IMG/VR virus record: IMGVR_UViG_3300045988_171858
Source: a virus
Length of the DNA: 64,000 nt
Direction: 5' to 3' (one strand)
Positions 27,057 to 37,485 of the stretch are shown here, piece by piece. Position 1 is the first letter of the stretch; every line of letters starts with the position of its first letter. A model generated the notes under the pieces. The model was not told the origin of the DNA. It saw only the letters and a list, made by a program, of their open reading frames with translations, and did no database searches. Both the position numbers and the translations under genes were made by a program.

Positions 27057-28874
27057 ATGGCACAAACACTAGAATACTCACCAGACAGTACAGAAATTAA
27101 TGGTATACTCCAGCGTTATTTTGACATATATTTGCCGGCCAATCTTGATGACCAGATGGAAGAGAAGGGGGATAACCCCTTCTTATCTGTTAATGGCATG
27201 ATGGAAATGGTAGACCAGAATGACATCAATAATGCCAGAGAGGTTGTACAACTGACTGAAGGGTATTTCAAAGATATCCTTAACTCCAAGTATTACGAAT
27301 ATTTTATCGCCGATGCGGTTGGGGCGAAGAAATATATCTTCCAAAAGAGTGGTTCTATTATCGGAACTAAGGTTATTGCCAGCTCAGGCAATCCCGGCGC
27401 TGTTGAGCAAAAATATTCTTTTGAGGGCGATAATCCTATTATGTCCCTGTCAGACTTAATTAGCGATAAAGGACCAAGTTATGCGCAAGCTCAAGGCATC
27501 GATTACGACAGACAGGCCACATATTCCGCAAGACTCCTTACAAGACAGACATTTGACTCTAGCGAGGATTCACATACAGACTCTTCGCGCAATATTAAGA
27601 TATCCGGAGATGAGGCGAGCAAGTATTATATAGAATTCCCGATCCTAATAATGCGCAATGCAACACCGATGCATGAAGCGGACCTGCAAAGACTAAAGGC
27701 ATACAGTCAAAAGGTAGCCGGCGGGAAGTTGGAAATTGAGGTCTCAGTTAGCCCTTATACCGTATTGTACGTAGACGAGGTTCCAGGGTCAGAACAAACA
27801 ATTTCTTATACAGCCGGAATGAATAATACAGAGGATGCAGTAGCATCAGAGGGCGGGCTATATAATTCGAGGATGGACTTCTACATCAGAGCCGCTGACG
27901 GGCTTGTAGCGGATATCCTGTCGTATAAAAATAACGACGATGTTAGGTCTTCTGACCTGCTAGAAGCAGTAAGGGACATTTTTCCTATCGGCGAAGACGT
28001 TAGACTATTCGGTTCTAGCAATTCATATGAGGCTGCCGGCGCCATTGAGAAAATCTTTCTTGATGGAAGTGATGTAAAGATAAGGGTAAAATCAACAAGC
28101 TCTTCAAATGGGTTTAGGCTTGAGCCGGTATCTGGCGTATCATCTAAAATCCTTGGAATTACATCATCGAGTGTCAGGGTCGGAATCACGCAACCCGGTG
28201 CCGGAGGTAAAAAGGGCAGAGATTCAAAATCCTCTCGAAATTCCAAAGGCTCTGCAATTAAGACGATCAATATCTATTCCGCAACAGAAAACCGTTCGGA
28301 CGCTTTGAATCCTTTTCCTAGACAATTCCTTGGTCCAAAGCTTGATGACGTTGCAAAACTTGTAAACGAAGAAAAAGTCAAGAAAGAAGCAGAGCGAAAA
28401 GCCGCGGCGGAAAGAAATAGACGAGCCTACAAGTATAGCAGCAGCCAATACTATGCTCCTCCTATTGACTACCAAGACATTCTTATCGAAGGGTTTAATA
28501 GTCTGACAAATGCGTTTACTGGTGAAGAAAACGCGGGGATAAATAGGCGATTTAATGCGCTTGTAGAACCCCAGTTAAAATCAGACAGGGATAGATTCTT
28601 TGAAATTACATCATCAAAGATTTCCCCAAAGGAAGACATAAACGACTCACTTAGAAATTTGTATACATTTGATACGTCAAGAATTAGATTCTTCAAGGCG
28701 TATGATATGGTGGCGATCAAAATCAATATCTTTTATAATCCATTTAATTCATTATTTGATCGAAGCTCAAGAATAGGAAGAGGTAAGCTAAGACCTGATT
28801 TTAGAAGCGGGAATGGGCGTCTAAGTTGTTTTGACCTGTCGGGAGTCAAGATTGGTCTAAAAGTATCAAAATAG
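27057..28874 (+). CDS. hypothetical structural-module protein
   Basis: 605-aa ORF. Confidence 0.75.
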   Translation: MAQTLEYSPDSTEINGILQRYFDIYLPANLDDQMEEKGDNPFLSVNGMMEMVDQNDINNAREVVQLTEGYFKDILNSKYYEYFIADAVGAKKYIFQKSGSIIGTKVIASSGNPGAVEQKYSFEGDNPIMSLSDLISDKGPSYAQAQGIDYDRQATYSARLLTRQTFDSSEDSHTDSSRNIKISGDEASKYYIEFPILIMRNATPMHEADLQRLKAYSQKVAGGKLEIEVSVSPYTVLYVDEVPGSEQTISYTAGMNNTEDAVASEGGLYNSRMDFYIRAADGLVADILSYKNNDDVRSSDLLEAVRDIFPIGEDVRLFGSSNSYEAAGAIEKIFLDGSDVKIRVKSTSSSNGFRLEPVSGVSSKILGITSSSVRVGITQPGAGGKKGRDSKSSRNSKGSAIKTINIYSATENRSDALNPFPRQFLGPKLDDVAKLVNEEKVKKEAERKAAAERNRRAYKYSSSQYYAPPIDYQDILIEGFNSLTNAFTGEENAGINRRFNALVEPQLKSDRDRFFEITSSKISPKEDINDSLRNLYTFDTSRIRFFKAYDMVAIKINIFYNPFNSLFDRSSRIGRGKLRPDFRSGNGRLSCFDLSGVKIGLKVSK

Positions 28875-28883
28875 GGCTATAGT

Positions 28884-29867
28884 ATGATAACCATTTTTAA
28901 CGGAAGTCTGAGTTCTGAACACTTAGCCCTAGCTAGACATCAAAACGATGCAATTAAAATCCCTCTAACTATCTATTATTCGGACGTAGAGGAATATAAA
29001 TTCTCGGCTGGCTTTACTGTTGACACTGGTGAAGAGCTAATCCAAAGATATAGGGACTACTTCTGGATTAATAAACCAGAGCCACCAATGCAATACTTCT
29101 GCGGATATAAAGCAGGTGTCAGACCGGGCGCAATCGAACAAAGATATTCAGCGGGCTATAAGGTAAGATTTGCGGAGAGGATTGAGCTACGGTTCAGAAG
29201 TCTGTTTAGAAGACACTTTCTGCTCGGCGAAAAACTTAGGTACAACTACAAGGCGGGCTTCAAATTTAAACTTGGTGCTACAAGGCTAAGATTAAATTAC
29301 CGTACAGCGTTTAAGGTTGTTAACAGAAAAGAAGACCCGCTCGTACTAAGTTACAAGTGTCCATATAAATACAGTCGAAGAAGTGAGTCCGAGTACAGAT
29401 ACACAGATGCATTTAATGTTACGCTAATCAATAGGGTTGAGCTAAATTACCATACCGGGTATAGGCATAGCGTATCTAAATTTGTATTCCCACGGAAGTA
29501 CAATACGAACGCGGCGGGTGTTAACACTACTGTTGCAGAGCTGCCAATTCCATGGAAAGCAATTAAGCAAAAAGACGGCTCAAGCGGCATTAGGATTGCA
29601 TTGGACAAATCCAAGTTGGACCTAGGTTCAGACGGCCTAAGAATTTATATAAACTTCCCTCCAAAATACATTAACTATTGTGCAGTAATGAGGGGCAAGT
29701 TTGATAAGTTACCAGATGTACCTGTTGCACCCAAGCCGGCCGTGCCAATTACCAATAGACCTGGAGAAATAACTGAAACGACTCCTCCACCTATATCTGC
29801 AACGCCTAGCCATATTATAGAGGAACTTCCGTCTCCAGGCGGCTCTGAAACTGAAGAGGAGACTTAG
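28884..29867 (+). CDS. hypothetical protein with about 8 short Y-(K/R)-x-G-(F/Y) repeats and a Pro-rich tail
   Basis: 327-aa ORF. Repeat instances are YKFSAGFTV, GYKAGVRP, YSAGYKVR, NYKAGFKF, NYRTAFKV, SYKCPYKY, YRYTDAFNV and NYHTGYRH. Confidence 0.75.
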   Translation: MITIFNGSLSSEHLALARHQNDAIKIPLTIYYSDVEEYKFSAGFTVDTGEELIQRYRDYFWINKPEPPMQYFCGYKAGVRPGAIEQRYSAGYKVRFAERIELRFRSLFRRHFLLGEKLRYNYKAGFKFKLGATRLRLNYRTAFKVVNRKEDPLVLSYKCPYKYSRRSESEYRYTDAFNVTLINRVELNYHTGYRHSVSKFVFPRKYNTNAAGVNTTVAELPIPWKAIKQKDGSSGIRIALDKSKLDLGSDGLRIYINFPPKYINYCAVMRGKFDKLPDVPVAPKPAVPITNRPGEITETTPPPISATPSHIIEELPSPGGSETEEET

Positions 29868-29884
29868 TATATGGGTTACAAGCT

Positions 29885-30844
29885 ATGACCGACACTACAA
29901 ATATATCAGGTGAATCTGGTGACACTCGTAGACAAGGTTCGACAGCGGTAGTAGAAAATAAGAAGGCGATTTCCGAGTATGTAGGGTATGGCGAAGTCCC
30001 CTTTATAGCAGAGGATAACGACGGGTTGTTTCTATACATTCCGTCTGTTATTCCGGCAGAAGAAGCCACAGAAGAACAGGTGGCTTCCTACCTTAAAACG
30101 CTTGCACCAATCTCCATTTCGATTTATCGTTATAATAACAATCCAGTTGACACTACTCAAATTATTCGTGGCGAAAAATGGGTTGATTCAAAAGTATATG
30201 ACCCGGGCGTCCTATATAATTTGGAGGCCAAGAAAATCGACATCAAAGAGGAAAGTATAGTTCTGGGCGCTAAATCTGCACGAGGTCTTGAATCTGATAC
30301 ATTCGAAGTTAAGTTCTCTGAGCCTAATAATTGCTGCCTGGATAAATCTGTATTGAACAAAGATTCAGCAAACGGTTGTACAATCATTAAGACGGATATA
30401 GAGTACAAAGTAACCGGCGGTAATTTCGACCCAACTGTTATTTGTTCTAGAATTGAGGCCGAAGACCTGATAGACAGTCTGAACTCTATCGGTGCAATCA
30501 TCGGTATTCAAGACGGCTTTAACGCCGGCGGTATTGAATGGTGGTTAATTGACGCAGGTAAGGTTACAGACAACGAGGGTAATGTTATTCGTTATCCTGA
30601 CCAGTTTGCAAGAACGGAGTCTTACAACTTTGACCCGGGCGACTCGTTCAAGAAAGACGACCGTAAATCCGAAGTTAAGGTTGAGGTTCCTCCTCCGACT
30701 GTTAGTCATGAATTTAATCCGACCGTTCCTTCTAAGCCAACTCCGGTTAAACCGACTCCGCTATCAACGGACTCTAATGATGCTAGACGATTCACAAATC
30801 TGGACTTCGTAAGAGACCCATACTTACCAGGATTTAGACAATGA
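29885..30844 (+). CDS. hypothetical protein with Pro-rich C-terminal tail
   Basis: 319-aa ORF with the tail VPPPTVSHEFNPTVPSKPTPVKPTPLS. Confidence 0.75.
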   Translation: MTDTTNISGESGDTRRQGSTAVVENKKAISEYVGYGEVPFIAEDNDGLFLYIPSVIPAEEATEEQVASYLKTLAPISISIYRYNNNPVDTTQIIRGEKWVDSKVYDPGVLYNLEAKKIDIKEESIVLGAKSARGLESDTFEVKFSEPNNCCLDKSVLNKDSANGCTIIKTDIEYKVTGGNFDPTVICSRIEAEDLIDSLNSIGAIIGIQDGFNAGGIEWWLIDAGKVTDNEGNVIRYPDQFARTESYNFDPGDSFKKDDRKSEVKVEVPPPTVSHEFNPTVPSKPTPVKPTPLSTDSNDARRFTNLDFVRDPYLPGFRQ

Positions 30845-31524
30845 GTAGAGAACTAGAACTTAAACCGTGGCTTTTGAGAAGCGGTAAAATTTCAAATACT
30901 GACGGATGGGTTCTAGAGGCCTTTGCTGCTGTAAATCCAAGACTTGAAAAAGAGCTCAAGGATAACAACGTAGACATCAAAGATGTCTGCGCAGTAACAA
31001 AGGTCTATACAAACCCTTCTCAAACAAACTCCTTCAAGTATAATACGATTGCAGAAATTGAAACTGATGGCTGTCATATCGTAAACAAGGAGGGCGGGCC
31101 GCTTTCCATTTTATTCTCATATGGAAGAGTAGATCTTGCCCTATTGGAATTCTCTCAAACAGAAACAGTCGGCGTACCAGACGTACCATTCATTGTAAGA
31201 GAAAATACAGAGGCTGGTATCAAGGCAGCCTACTACAATCTAGTTGATAATGTAGAATTCTTAGAGGATGTAGCTGGTCAAGAAGGCGTTAAGAAATGGA
31301 AGGTGACAATCCGTCCAGATAACCGCGCCGCAATCTTTACTAGATGGGAAAAGAAAGTCAGAAGATACTACAACGAGTTTATAGTATACGCCAGACAATA
31401 CAAGGAAACGGATAACTTCAACAGTTCCGAACATCTTGGAGATCAAAACACAGGGGCTCAGGCTCAACCAGCTCCAGCAAGTCCTGCACCGCAGACAGAT
31501 CCTGCAGCAACTCCATCTCCATAA
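30841..31524 (+). CDS. hypothetical protein with Pro/Ala-rich C-terminal tail
   Basis: 227-aa ORF with the tail GAQAQPAPASPAPQTDPAATPSP. Confidence 0.75.
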   Translation: MSRELELKPWLLRSGKISNTDGWVLEAFAAVNPRLEKELKDNNVDIKDVCAVTKVYTNPSQTNSFKYNTIAEIETDGCHIVNKEGGPLSILFSYGRVDLALLEFSQTETVGVPDVPFIVRENTEAGIKAAYYNLVDNVEFLEDVAGQEGVKKWKVTIRPDNRAAIFTRWEKKVRRYYNEFIVYARQYKETDNFNSSEHLGDQNTGAQAQPAPASPAPQTDPAATPSP

Positions 31525-31551
31525 TAATCTCCGCCAGAAAGGTACATATCA

Positions 31552-32766
31552 ATGTCAGAAAGAAAATTAAGGCCAATAGACTGGAAGAAAACAGACGTAG
31601 AAAACTTCTCAGAGCTTATGGCCCAAGGGTTCGCTGATAGGAATATGGAATATCTTCCTGGCGGCCTTGTTTTAAAAAGACCAAAGTTTGTAGAAGACAA
31701 ATACGGCTCAAGTGAAATCCAGGTTATCGGCATTCCATTTAAAAATGTATTTGGTCAAACAAAATTCCGTTACCATCGTGTAACACTATCAGGGTTCGAA
31801 GCAGTATACAGACAACTGCTAGGAGATGAAACATCTCCAATCAGAATCGAAATGCAGGACAATAATGATGATAAAGTCCTAGAGGATACTAAGAAAGTTT
31901 TAGCTAAACGACTAGCAATCCTGCCGCAGCGTTTCGTATTGGAGCTAGTAGAAAAGAAAATGAAAGGTCCAGACAAGCCTCAATACAAATACAAATTCTA
32001 CTTTTCAATTCCAGAAACCGATTTTACAGACAAAGTTAACGGTCTTTCTATCATCAACGACAAAGATGTATTTATCTACGTCGAAAAGCCAAACATCAAA
32101 ATCGAAGCAGGTCAGGGCATCATACCAATAGAAGACACATTGGTTACGCTCCAAGAGCCATCTTCTTCTGTATTTATCAGAGACCCATATAGTTCCTATT
32201 CTGACATTCTTCCTGTAGAATATAAGCTGATTGATACAACAATAGGTGAGGACTTCGGCGATAATCCAGTAAACCAAATTTTATACAAATCGCCTGGCGG
32301 TAAATTTAGAGGCCGCATTAGTCCAGACCTAAAAGCAGACCTATTAGAAATATCAGCAACAGGAAATTCAACATACAAAGACGAAGTTATTGAATCAAGA
32401 TTCAAGGCTTCCGAATCTCCTATCTTAAAAATCAAAACAGTCTTCGGCGGCGAATATCGTTCACCGCTAGCAGACCAAATTCCAGAATACAGAGGACCAA
32501 ATGCGATTGACTCATTAAAGACATTAAGTCAATACACAGCCTCTGCAATCAATATCGATATAGTGTCATTAGAGCCTAAACAAATGGCGCGGCAATATGT
32601 GGATGAACTGACAACACTAGGTCTAATATCATCATCCTCTATTGATACAAACATAGTCTCCAAAGAATTCAAACAATCAATCCAAGAATTCCAAGAAACT
32701 CTAACAACACTATCCCTACAAACATCATCATCAGTAAATATAACAATCACATCTAGCGGACAATAA
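31552..32766 (+). CDS. hypothetical structural-module protein
   Basis: 404-aa ORF. Confidence 0.75.
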   Translation: MSERKLRPIDWKKTDVENFSELMAQGFADRNMEYLPGGLVLKRPKFVEDKYGSSEIQVIGIPFKNVFGQTKFRYHRVTLSGFEAVYRQLLGDETSPIRIEMQDNNDDKVLEDTKKVLAKRLAILPQRFVLELVEKKMKGPDKPQYKYKFYFSIPETDFTDKVNGLSIINDKDVFIYVEKPNIKIEAGQGIIPIEDTLVTLQEPSSSVFIRDPYSSYSDILPVEYKLIDTTIGEDFGDNPVNQILYKSPGGKFRGRISPDLKADLLEISATGNSTYKDEVIESRFKASESPILKIKTVFGGEYRSPLADQIPEYRGPNAIDSLKTLSQYTASAINIDIVSLEPKQMARQYVDELTTLGLISSSSIDTNIVSKEFKQSIQEFQETLTTLSLQTSSSVNITITSSGQ

Positions 32767-32767
32767 A

Positions 32768-35700
32768 ATGGCATTATACGGTTACCCAACAATCACGCTA
32801 AAAGACAAAGACACCGGCAAGATTAAAAAAGAAATCTCCTGCAAAAATATCCAAACCATTCCCTCCAAAATGATGATGACAAATGTTGGATATCCTGACG
32901 GTTACTATAGAATAGGTGTTAGAAGTATCGGAAGTAGTTCTAATCCAGAGACCTACATCTATACAACGCCATATAGAATGCCTAAGAACCCGTTTACATA
33001 TATCAACAATATGGAGCAAGAATCTTCCGGCACTATTTATCAGTCTACATATGCAGACGGGCAAAAAGCAAAGGCTATTACCGACATAACCGGAATTGAG
33101 AATGTGAGATGGGAGCAAGATGCAAATGGACGAGCGATTCTTGTTGTTAAGGGGGTCTTATATGCACCAGAGTCTGGTGTTAGGCAAATCGGCACAATAT
33201 ATGTAGGGTTTTCATGGCGCTCAGACTTTTTTACACCATTAGATGAAATAATCATACAAGATGCATCAACTGTTGTCGATATTACATACAAGATAATAGT
33301 ATCTGGGAATAATGAGAGGGAATATGTAGCGAATCTCTCTGGACTTATAGGATATGGAAGTAGCTCATACAGTAATCCGAACGGTACGATTTCCTTCCCA
33401 ACTGGATATGCAGACTCTGTCACGGGGCTCGGCACAGACAATATGTATGAATATGATGGCAAATATGATATATATGGTCCAATTTACGCAGATATGAATA
33501 GTAGCCAATACAATTCAATTGGATCTAAATATTCTAGCTTTGGAAGTAGAAAACCGACAATTAGTAGCGTATTCGGTAGATGGGGTATGAGTCCCTCTTA
33601 CAAATACAGTCTTAGTTTCCCAGAAATGAAGAAAAGTGGGAATATAGTAGGGTACATTGGAAGGGGAGGTGTATCCGTTCATCCAGATGCTGTTAAAAAA
33701 ATAAGTAATGGTAAAGGGGTTAGCACCACATTTTCGAAAAGAAGAACTAGCAAAGATTCAATAATTAAACCATTTTTTGAGGCCTCTTCTATAAAAAGGG
33801 GGTCAGGAATGATAAAAGCCGTATCTGCAACGGAGAAAAAGGGGTTCCCAGAAAGATGGGAGATTGACGTATTAAAAGGCGGAAATCTTCAAGAGGCTGA
33901 ATTTAGAGTGCGGAAGGCGATAGTTTCAGAATATTTGGCTAATTCAAATGTGCAAATTTATTCGAGAGTCCCGCATTTAGCATACTCCGGCAATACTAAT
34001 GGTATGTTGTATAAGAAATACAATCATCCTGATGGATTGATATACGAATCCTCTCCGTCTGTGTGGCCTCTATACGGGCAAAATATTGCGATCGTTATTC
34101 GGAAAGGTGTTCTTCTGACCTCTGTTGGCAATGCGAGATATTTCATTTTAGATGAGACAAATCTTCCACATGAGAATCGCGGCATTCAAATTACAGGTAT
34201 CGCTTGGGATGATAGCCAAAAAGGACTCTTAATAGGGTGTGGGGAAAGCGGGTTGTACCGTGTGGATTTTGACAATGACACAGACAGTGAACCGATTGTG
34301 AAAAGAGTAACAAAAGACGGCATCGAACATGTCTACGCTATTTCTGGGAATGGTAAGGGTGACGTTGCTATTGTTACAGATACTGGGATTATGTATTCAG
34401 ACAATCTTGGCGAAACATGGAACACCAAATCATTTGATGTTATCAAAAAACAGTTAAAAGGCTTAGATGATAGCATAGAAGATTCTTTTGATGTCAAAGA
34501 GAACCTAAAACATTCATGTTTGGTGTTCGTAATGACAAACGATGGGGAGAGTGTTGGCATCTGTCTATTTCCTTATAGTGACACCTACTATATTCCATTT
34601 ATCAAGCTAAAAGCAGAAGATAAGTGGTTTAGACTTGGCAGTTACGGTTCATCGGGATACTATGGATATAGTTCTATATCTTATGAACCAAATTCTAGTT
34701 ACCTAAAAATTTATCCTATTTGCATAGGTCCTGCAAGAGCAGAAGCAGAGAAAACTACGATTAGAGATATGGTAAACTCCAGGAAATATGCGCTGCAGCC
34801 AGGTGCTGCATGGGGAATCGGTCCATTAGGAAAATTGTCAATGACCTGGGCAAGAACTATTAATATAGCCAATGGAGGGATTATTGGCGGCGATAGTAGT
34901 TACAATATGAGCAGTCTAGCCGGTAATGAACATTACAGTAGTTTTGACGTAACGTTAGATAAAGGCAACAACCCAACAGTGACCCCGGTTAGTTATGGTT
35001 ATGACAATGTAATTGACAATGGACGATGGTCCATTGAGTTGGTAAAAGATTCCAAGTCTAATAAGTTTACAGTACTTGTTGCTGGCTCAAATATCGGTGC
35101 TATAAAGGACAATCCAGATGCATTCCTTTATTATTCAAGCGATAGCAGTTCTTTCTCTAAATCAAAAGATTCAGTATTTAAAGCTCCATCGCAGCAATTT
35201 GAAATTGATGGCGTTAAATTTGAGGCAACAGGAGAGAGATTTGAAGAGGGCGATTGCTTCGTATTTCACAGAACTATGGCCTATGTTAATGACAACGTTT
35301 CAACTGCGCACTTCGTTACTGAGAATTCGTGTCTACCTGCATCAGAATGGTTAGAGCAATCCGGGACCATTTCCGAGGAAAATAACAAGCCGGCATATAG
35401 GCAACCAATCAATTATTATAATAATATGTATAAAACTCAGGACGGAAGGCTAAAAACGAAGGATAGAACTTATACTAGGCTATATGATTTAGATAAATCT
35501 GTTCCTCAGTATATACTACCTGGGTCTTCCAAAATGAAGTTTGACCTGACGGCAATGAAAGGGTCGTTCGTTATACAGATTCAGACAAATGCAGGCTCTT
35601 ATAGTAGCAATAAGAATATCTTTCTCTCCAGGGTAGACACCGGGATATCCTACTATTGCGATAAGTATGACAGAAGCCGTAGTAGTGGGTTCCTATTCTC

Positions 35701-36334
35701 AGAGGCTGACATATTAAAAACACCGAGCAATTTTTCAATATCTATTGATGCAGAGAAGAGAGGTGTAATAGTTAATGACGGAGCAACTGTGATATGGACA
35801 TCTGGCTCGGATTCTTCTGGGTATAGGCAAATAAGTTCGGTAAAAATAGTTCCTGTTACAACATCTAAAGTATCCGGAACGAACAAAATTGGCTTTATCG
35901 GATATTTTGGCGGAGATCTAGGTGGCGAAGACAATGGTGAATCCGAGATTTTTCTTCCTACATTTGAATATGCATATCGTGGCACCCTATGCACAAGGCT
36001 TGGGGATGAGAATTCTTTGTCGGGCTCATTTGATCCCGTGTTTTACGGATTGCCTTCAATAGGCTCAGATTCTATGTTTCGGGTAGAAATAGATGGCAAA
36101 CCGGCAGAAGTCGTGCATCTTACGAATGGCTCATACTCTCCGGATTTCCTCATAAAAGAAGAAAAGCCAAATCGTGGAGGTGTTTCTGCTAATATCTCTG
36201 CAGGACAGGTAAAAATTGAGCCATACACAGGCCTAGTGCTCTTCTCCGATGAAGACATTGGTAAGCCATATAAGATTAGGTACAAATACTACAAAGGCGA
36301 TAGCCTTGGAATAGGTGAGGCAATCCTTGAATAA
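32768..36334 (+). CDS. large hypothetical structural protein (1188 aa)
   Basis: A long uninterrupted ORF in which I could verify no domain. Confidence 0.8.
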   Translation: MALYGYPTITLKDKDTGKIKKEISCKNIQTIPSKMMMTNVGYPDGYYRIGVRSIGSSSNPETYIYTTPYRMPKNPFTYINNMEQESSGTIYQSTYADGQKAKAITDITGIENVRWEQDANGRAILVVKGVLYAPESGVRQIGTIYVGFSWRSDFFTPLDEIIIQDASTVVDITYKIIVSGNNEREYVANLSGLIGYGSSSYSNPNGTISFPTGYADSVTGLGTDNMYEYDGKYDIYGPIYADMNSSQYNSIGSKYSSFGSRKPTISSVFGRWGMSPSYKYSLSFPEMKKSGNIVGYIGRGGVSVHPDAVKKISNGKGVSTTFSKRRTSKDSIIKPFFEASSIKRGSGMIKAVSATEKKGFPERWEIDVLKGGNLQEAEFRVRKAIVSEYLANSNVQIYSRVPHLAYSGNTNGMLYKKYNHPDGLIYESSPSVWPLYGQNIAIVIRKGVLLTSVGNARYFILDETNLPHENRGIQITGIAWDDSQKGLLIGCGESGLYRVDFDNDTDSEPIVKRVTKDGIEHVYAISGNGKGDVAIVTDTGIMYSDNLGETWNTKSFDVIKKQLKGLDDSIEDSFDVKENLKHSCLVFVMTNDGESVGICLFPYSDTYYIPFIKLKAEDKWFRLGSYGSSGYYGYSSISYEPNSSYLKIYPICIGPARAEAEKTTIRDMVNSRKYALQPGAAWGIGPLGKLSMTWARTINIANGGIIGGDSSYNMSSLAGNEHYSSFDVTLDKGNNPTVTPVSYGYDNVIDNGRWSIELVKDSKSNKFTVLVAGSNIGAIKDNPDAFLYYSSDSSSFSKSKDSVFKAPSQQFEIDGVKFEATGERFEEGDCFVFHRTMAYVNDNVSTAHFVTENSCLPASEWLEQSGTISEENNKPAYRQPINYYNNMYKTQDGRLKTKDRTYTRLYDLDKSVPQYILPGSSKMKFDLTAMKGSFVIQIQTNAGSYSSNKNIFLSRVDTGISYYCDKYDRSRSSGFLFSEADILKTPSNFSISIDAEKRGVIVNDGATVIWTSGSDSSGYRQISSVKIVPVTTSKVSGTNKIGFIGYFGGDLGGEDNGESEIFLPTFEYAYRGTLCTRLGDENSLSGSFDPVFYGLPSIGSDSMFRVEIDGKPAEVVHLTNGSYSPDFLIKEEKPNRGGVSANISAGQVKIEPYTGLVLFSDEDIGKPYKIRYKYYKGDSLGIGEAILE

Positions 36335-36998
36335 CCGTATCAAAATATACGGATTTAAAGTTGACTTCAAAGATGGCAGCTCTGCCAATGTGACAGAGTC
36401 TGCCTCTGAGATTTCTCTTTCTCCGTTTTACGCATCAATACGAGACATCGAGTTAAATGTCCCAGCCGAAAATGTTTCTTTTACAGAGCAATTCTCAAAA
36501 GACGTTTCAGAAATTATCTTCAATAAGTCTATTTGGATTGATAATCATATCCGCCGTAAAAAGATTAACCTTTCGGATGAAGAACTATATATGATAAAGC
36601 GAGACTTTGTTATATGTTCAGTTCTTGCCGGTGTAGCTAATAAGTTATATGGAACACTTCTTAAAGGTCAATCTGTCAAAAAGGTCCTTGGCGATTTTGA
36701 GGTTCAAAGAGATTCGACATTCGATGTAAGTTCTGCTCTTAAATTTGCAAACGAATCTAAGGGGTGTGCTGATGATGTCCTCGCCGCAATTGATGAAGCC
36801 TCAACTCTTCTTGCTGTTGGTTTTGTTAAGGGCAAATGGAATTGTTCAAACCGCGTACCTAATCGTGAATGGCATCATCCAAATTATAGAAGCATTATGC
36901 CGATTGCGGCAGACAAATTGCTAGAGGCGGACGGAAAATTCTACAAGACAGGATACGGTCATGGCAACCAATATCTCCCCCTTTATCGCAGAGGTTGA
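36315..36998 (+). CDS. hypothetical protein (neck/connector position)
   Basis: 227-aa ORF from a GTG start that overlaps the previous stop. The exact start is uncertain. Confidence 0.6.
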   Translation: MRQSLNNRIKIYGFKVDFKDGSSANVTESASEISLSPFYASIRDIELNVPAENVSFTEQFSKDVSEIIFNKSIWIDNHIRRKKINLSDEELYMIKRDFVICSVLAGVANKLYGTLLKGQSVKKVLGDFEVQRDSTFDVSSALKFANESKGCADDVLAAIDEASTLLAVGFVKGKWNCSNRVPNREWHHPNYRSIMPIAADKLLEADGKFYKTGYGHGNQYLPLYRRG

Positions 36999-37485
36999 TC
37001 TACGACAAGAGATGGTCGATTTGTTCACGGGTGATGAGTTTGTAAATAAACTTCGGCCATTCATTTGCCGTAAGTCAAGGCATAACGAGGATGGAACCAA
37101 GATCAAGTGCCACTGCTATAACGAGATAAGTAAAGAAGGCATGACAGACTGTCCAGACTGTCTCGGCGCAGGCTATTTATGGGACGAGGAAATTATCCCA
37201 GGGCATATGTGGCTAACACGCTCAATCATGCCAACAACCGGTTCCTCTTACAATAACGGCACATCCCGCATTGGACGTTCAGTAGATTCAGCATGGGTAC
37301 TAATCATACCTTACAAACTAGAAGCCTTTGAAAAAGACATAGTCTACCTACCAGTAATGAATGATGAAGGTTCTATCAGATTCCCAATCAAACCAGAAAA
37401 GTCATACTACATTACAGAAGTCCTAAGGGTCGGATTTGACATGGGAAGAAAAGACTTCACAGCAATAGGACTACAGACACGATGA
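36961..37485 (+). CDS. hypothetical protein with zinc-ribbon (CHC...CPDCLGAG) motif (neck/connector position)
   Basis: 174-aa ORF with AGGA 7 nt upstream of the ATG. The CxC-x14-CxxCxGxG pattern resembles a DnaJ-type zinc knuckle. Confidence 0.65.
   Translation: MATNISPFIAEVDLRQEMVDLFTGDEFVNKLRPFICRKSRHNEDGTKIKCHCYNEISKEGMTDCPDCLGAGYLWDEEIIPGHMWLTRSIMPTTGSSYNNGTSRIGRSVDSAWVLIIPYKLEAFEKDIVYLPVMNDEGSIRFPIKPEKSYYITEVLRVGFDMGRKDFTAIGLQTR

Noticed and set aside
34396-34419. SDNLGETW in the 1188-aa protein, which resembles a BNR/Asp-box (S-x-D-x-G-x-T-W).
   Set aside because: The Asp is out of register (S-D-x-x-G rather than S-x-D-x-G) and I found no further copies. This is not enough to call a beta-propeller or sialidase-like domain.
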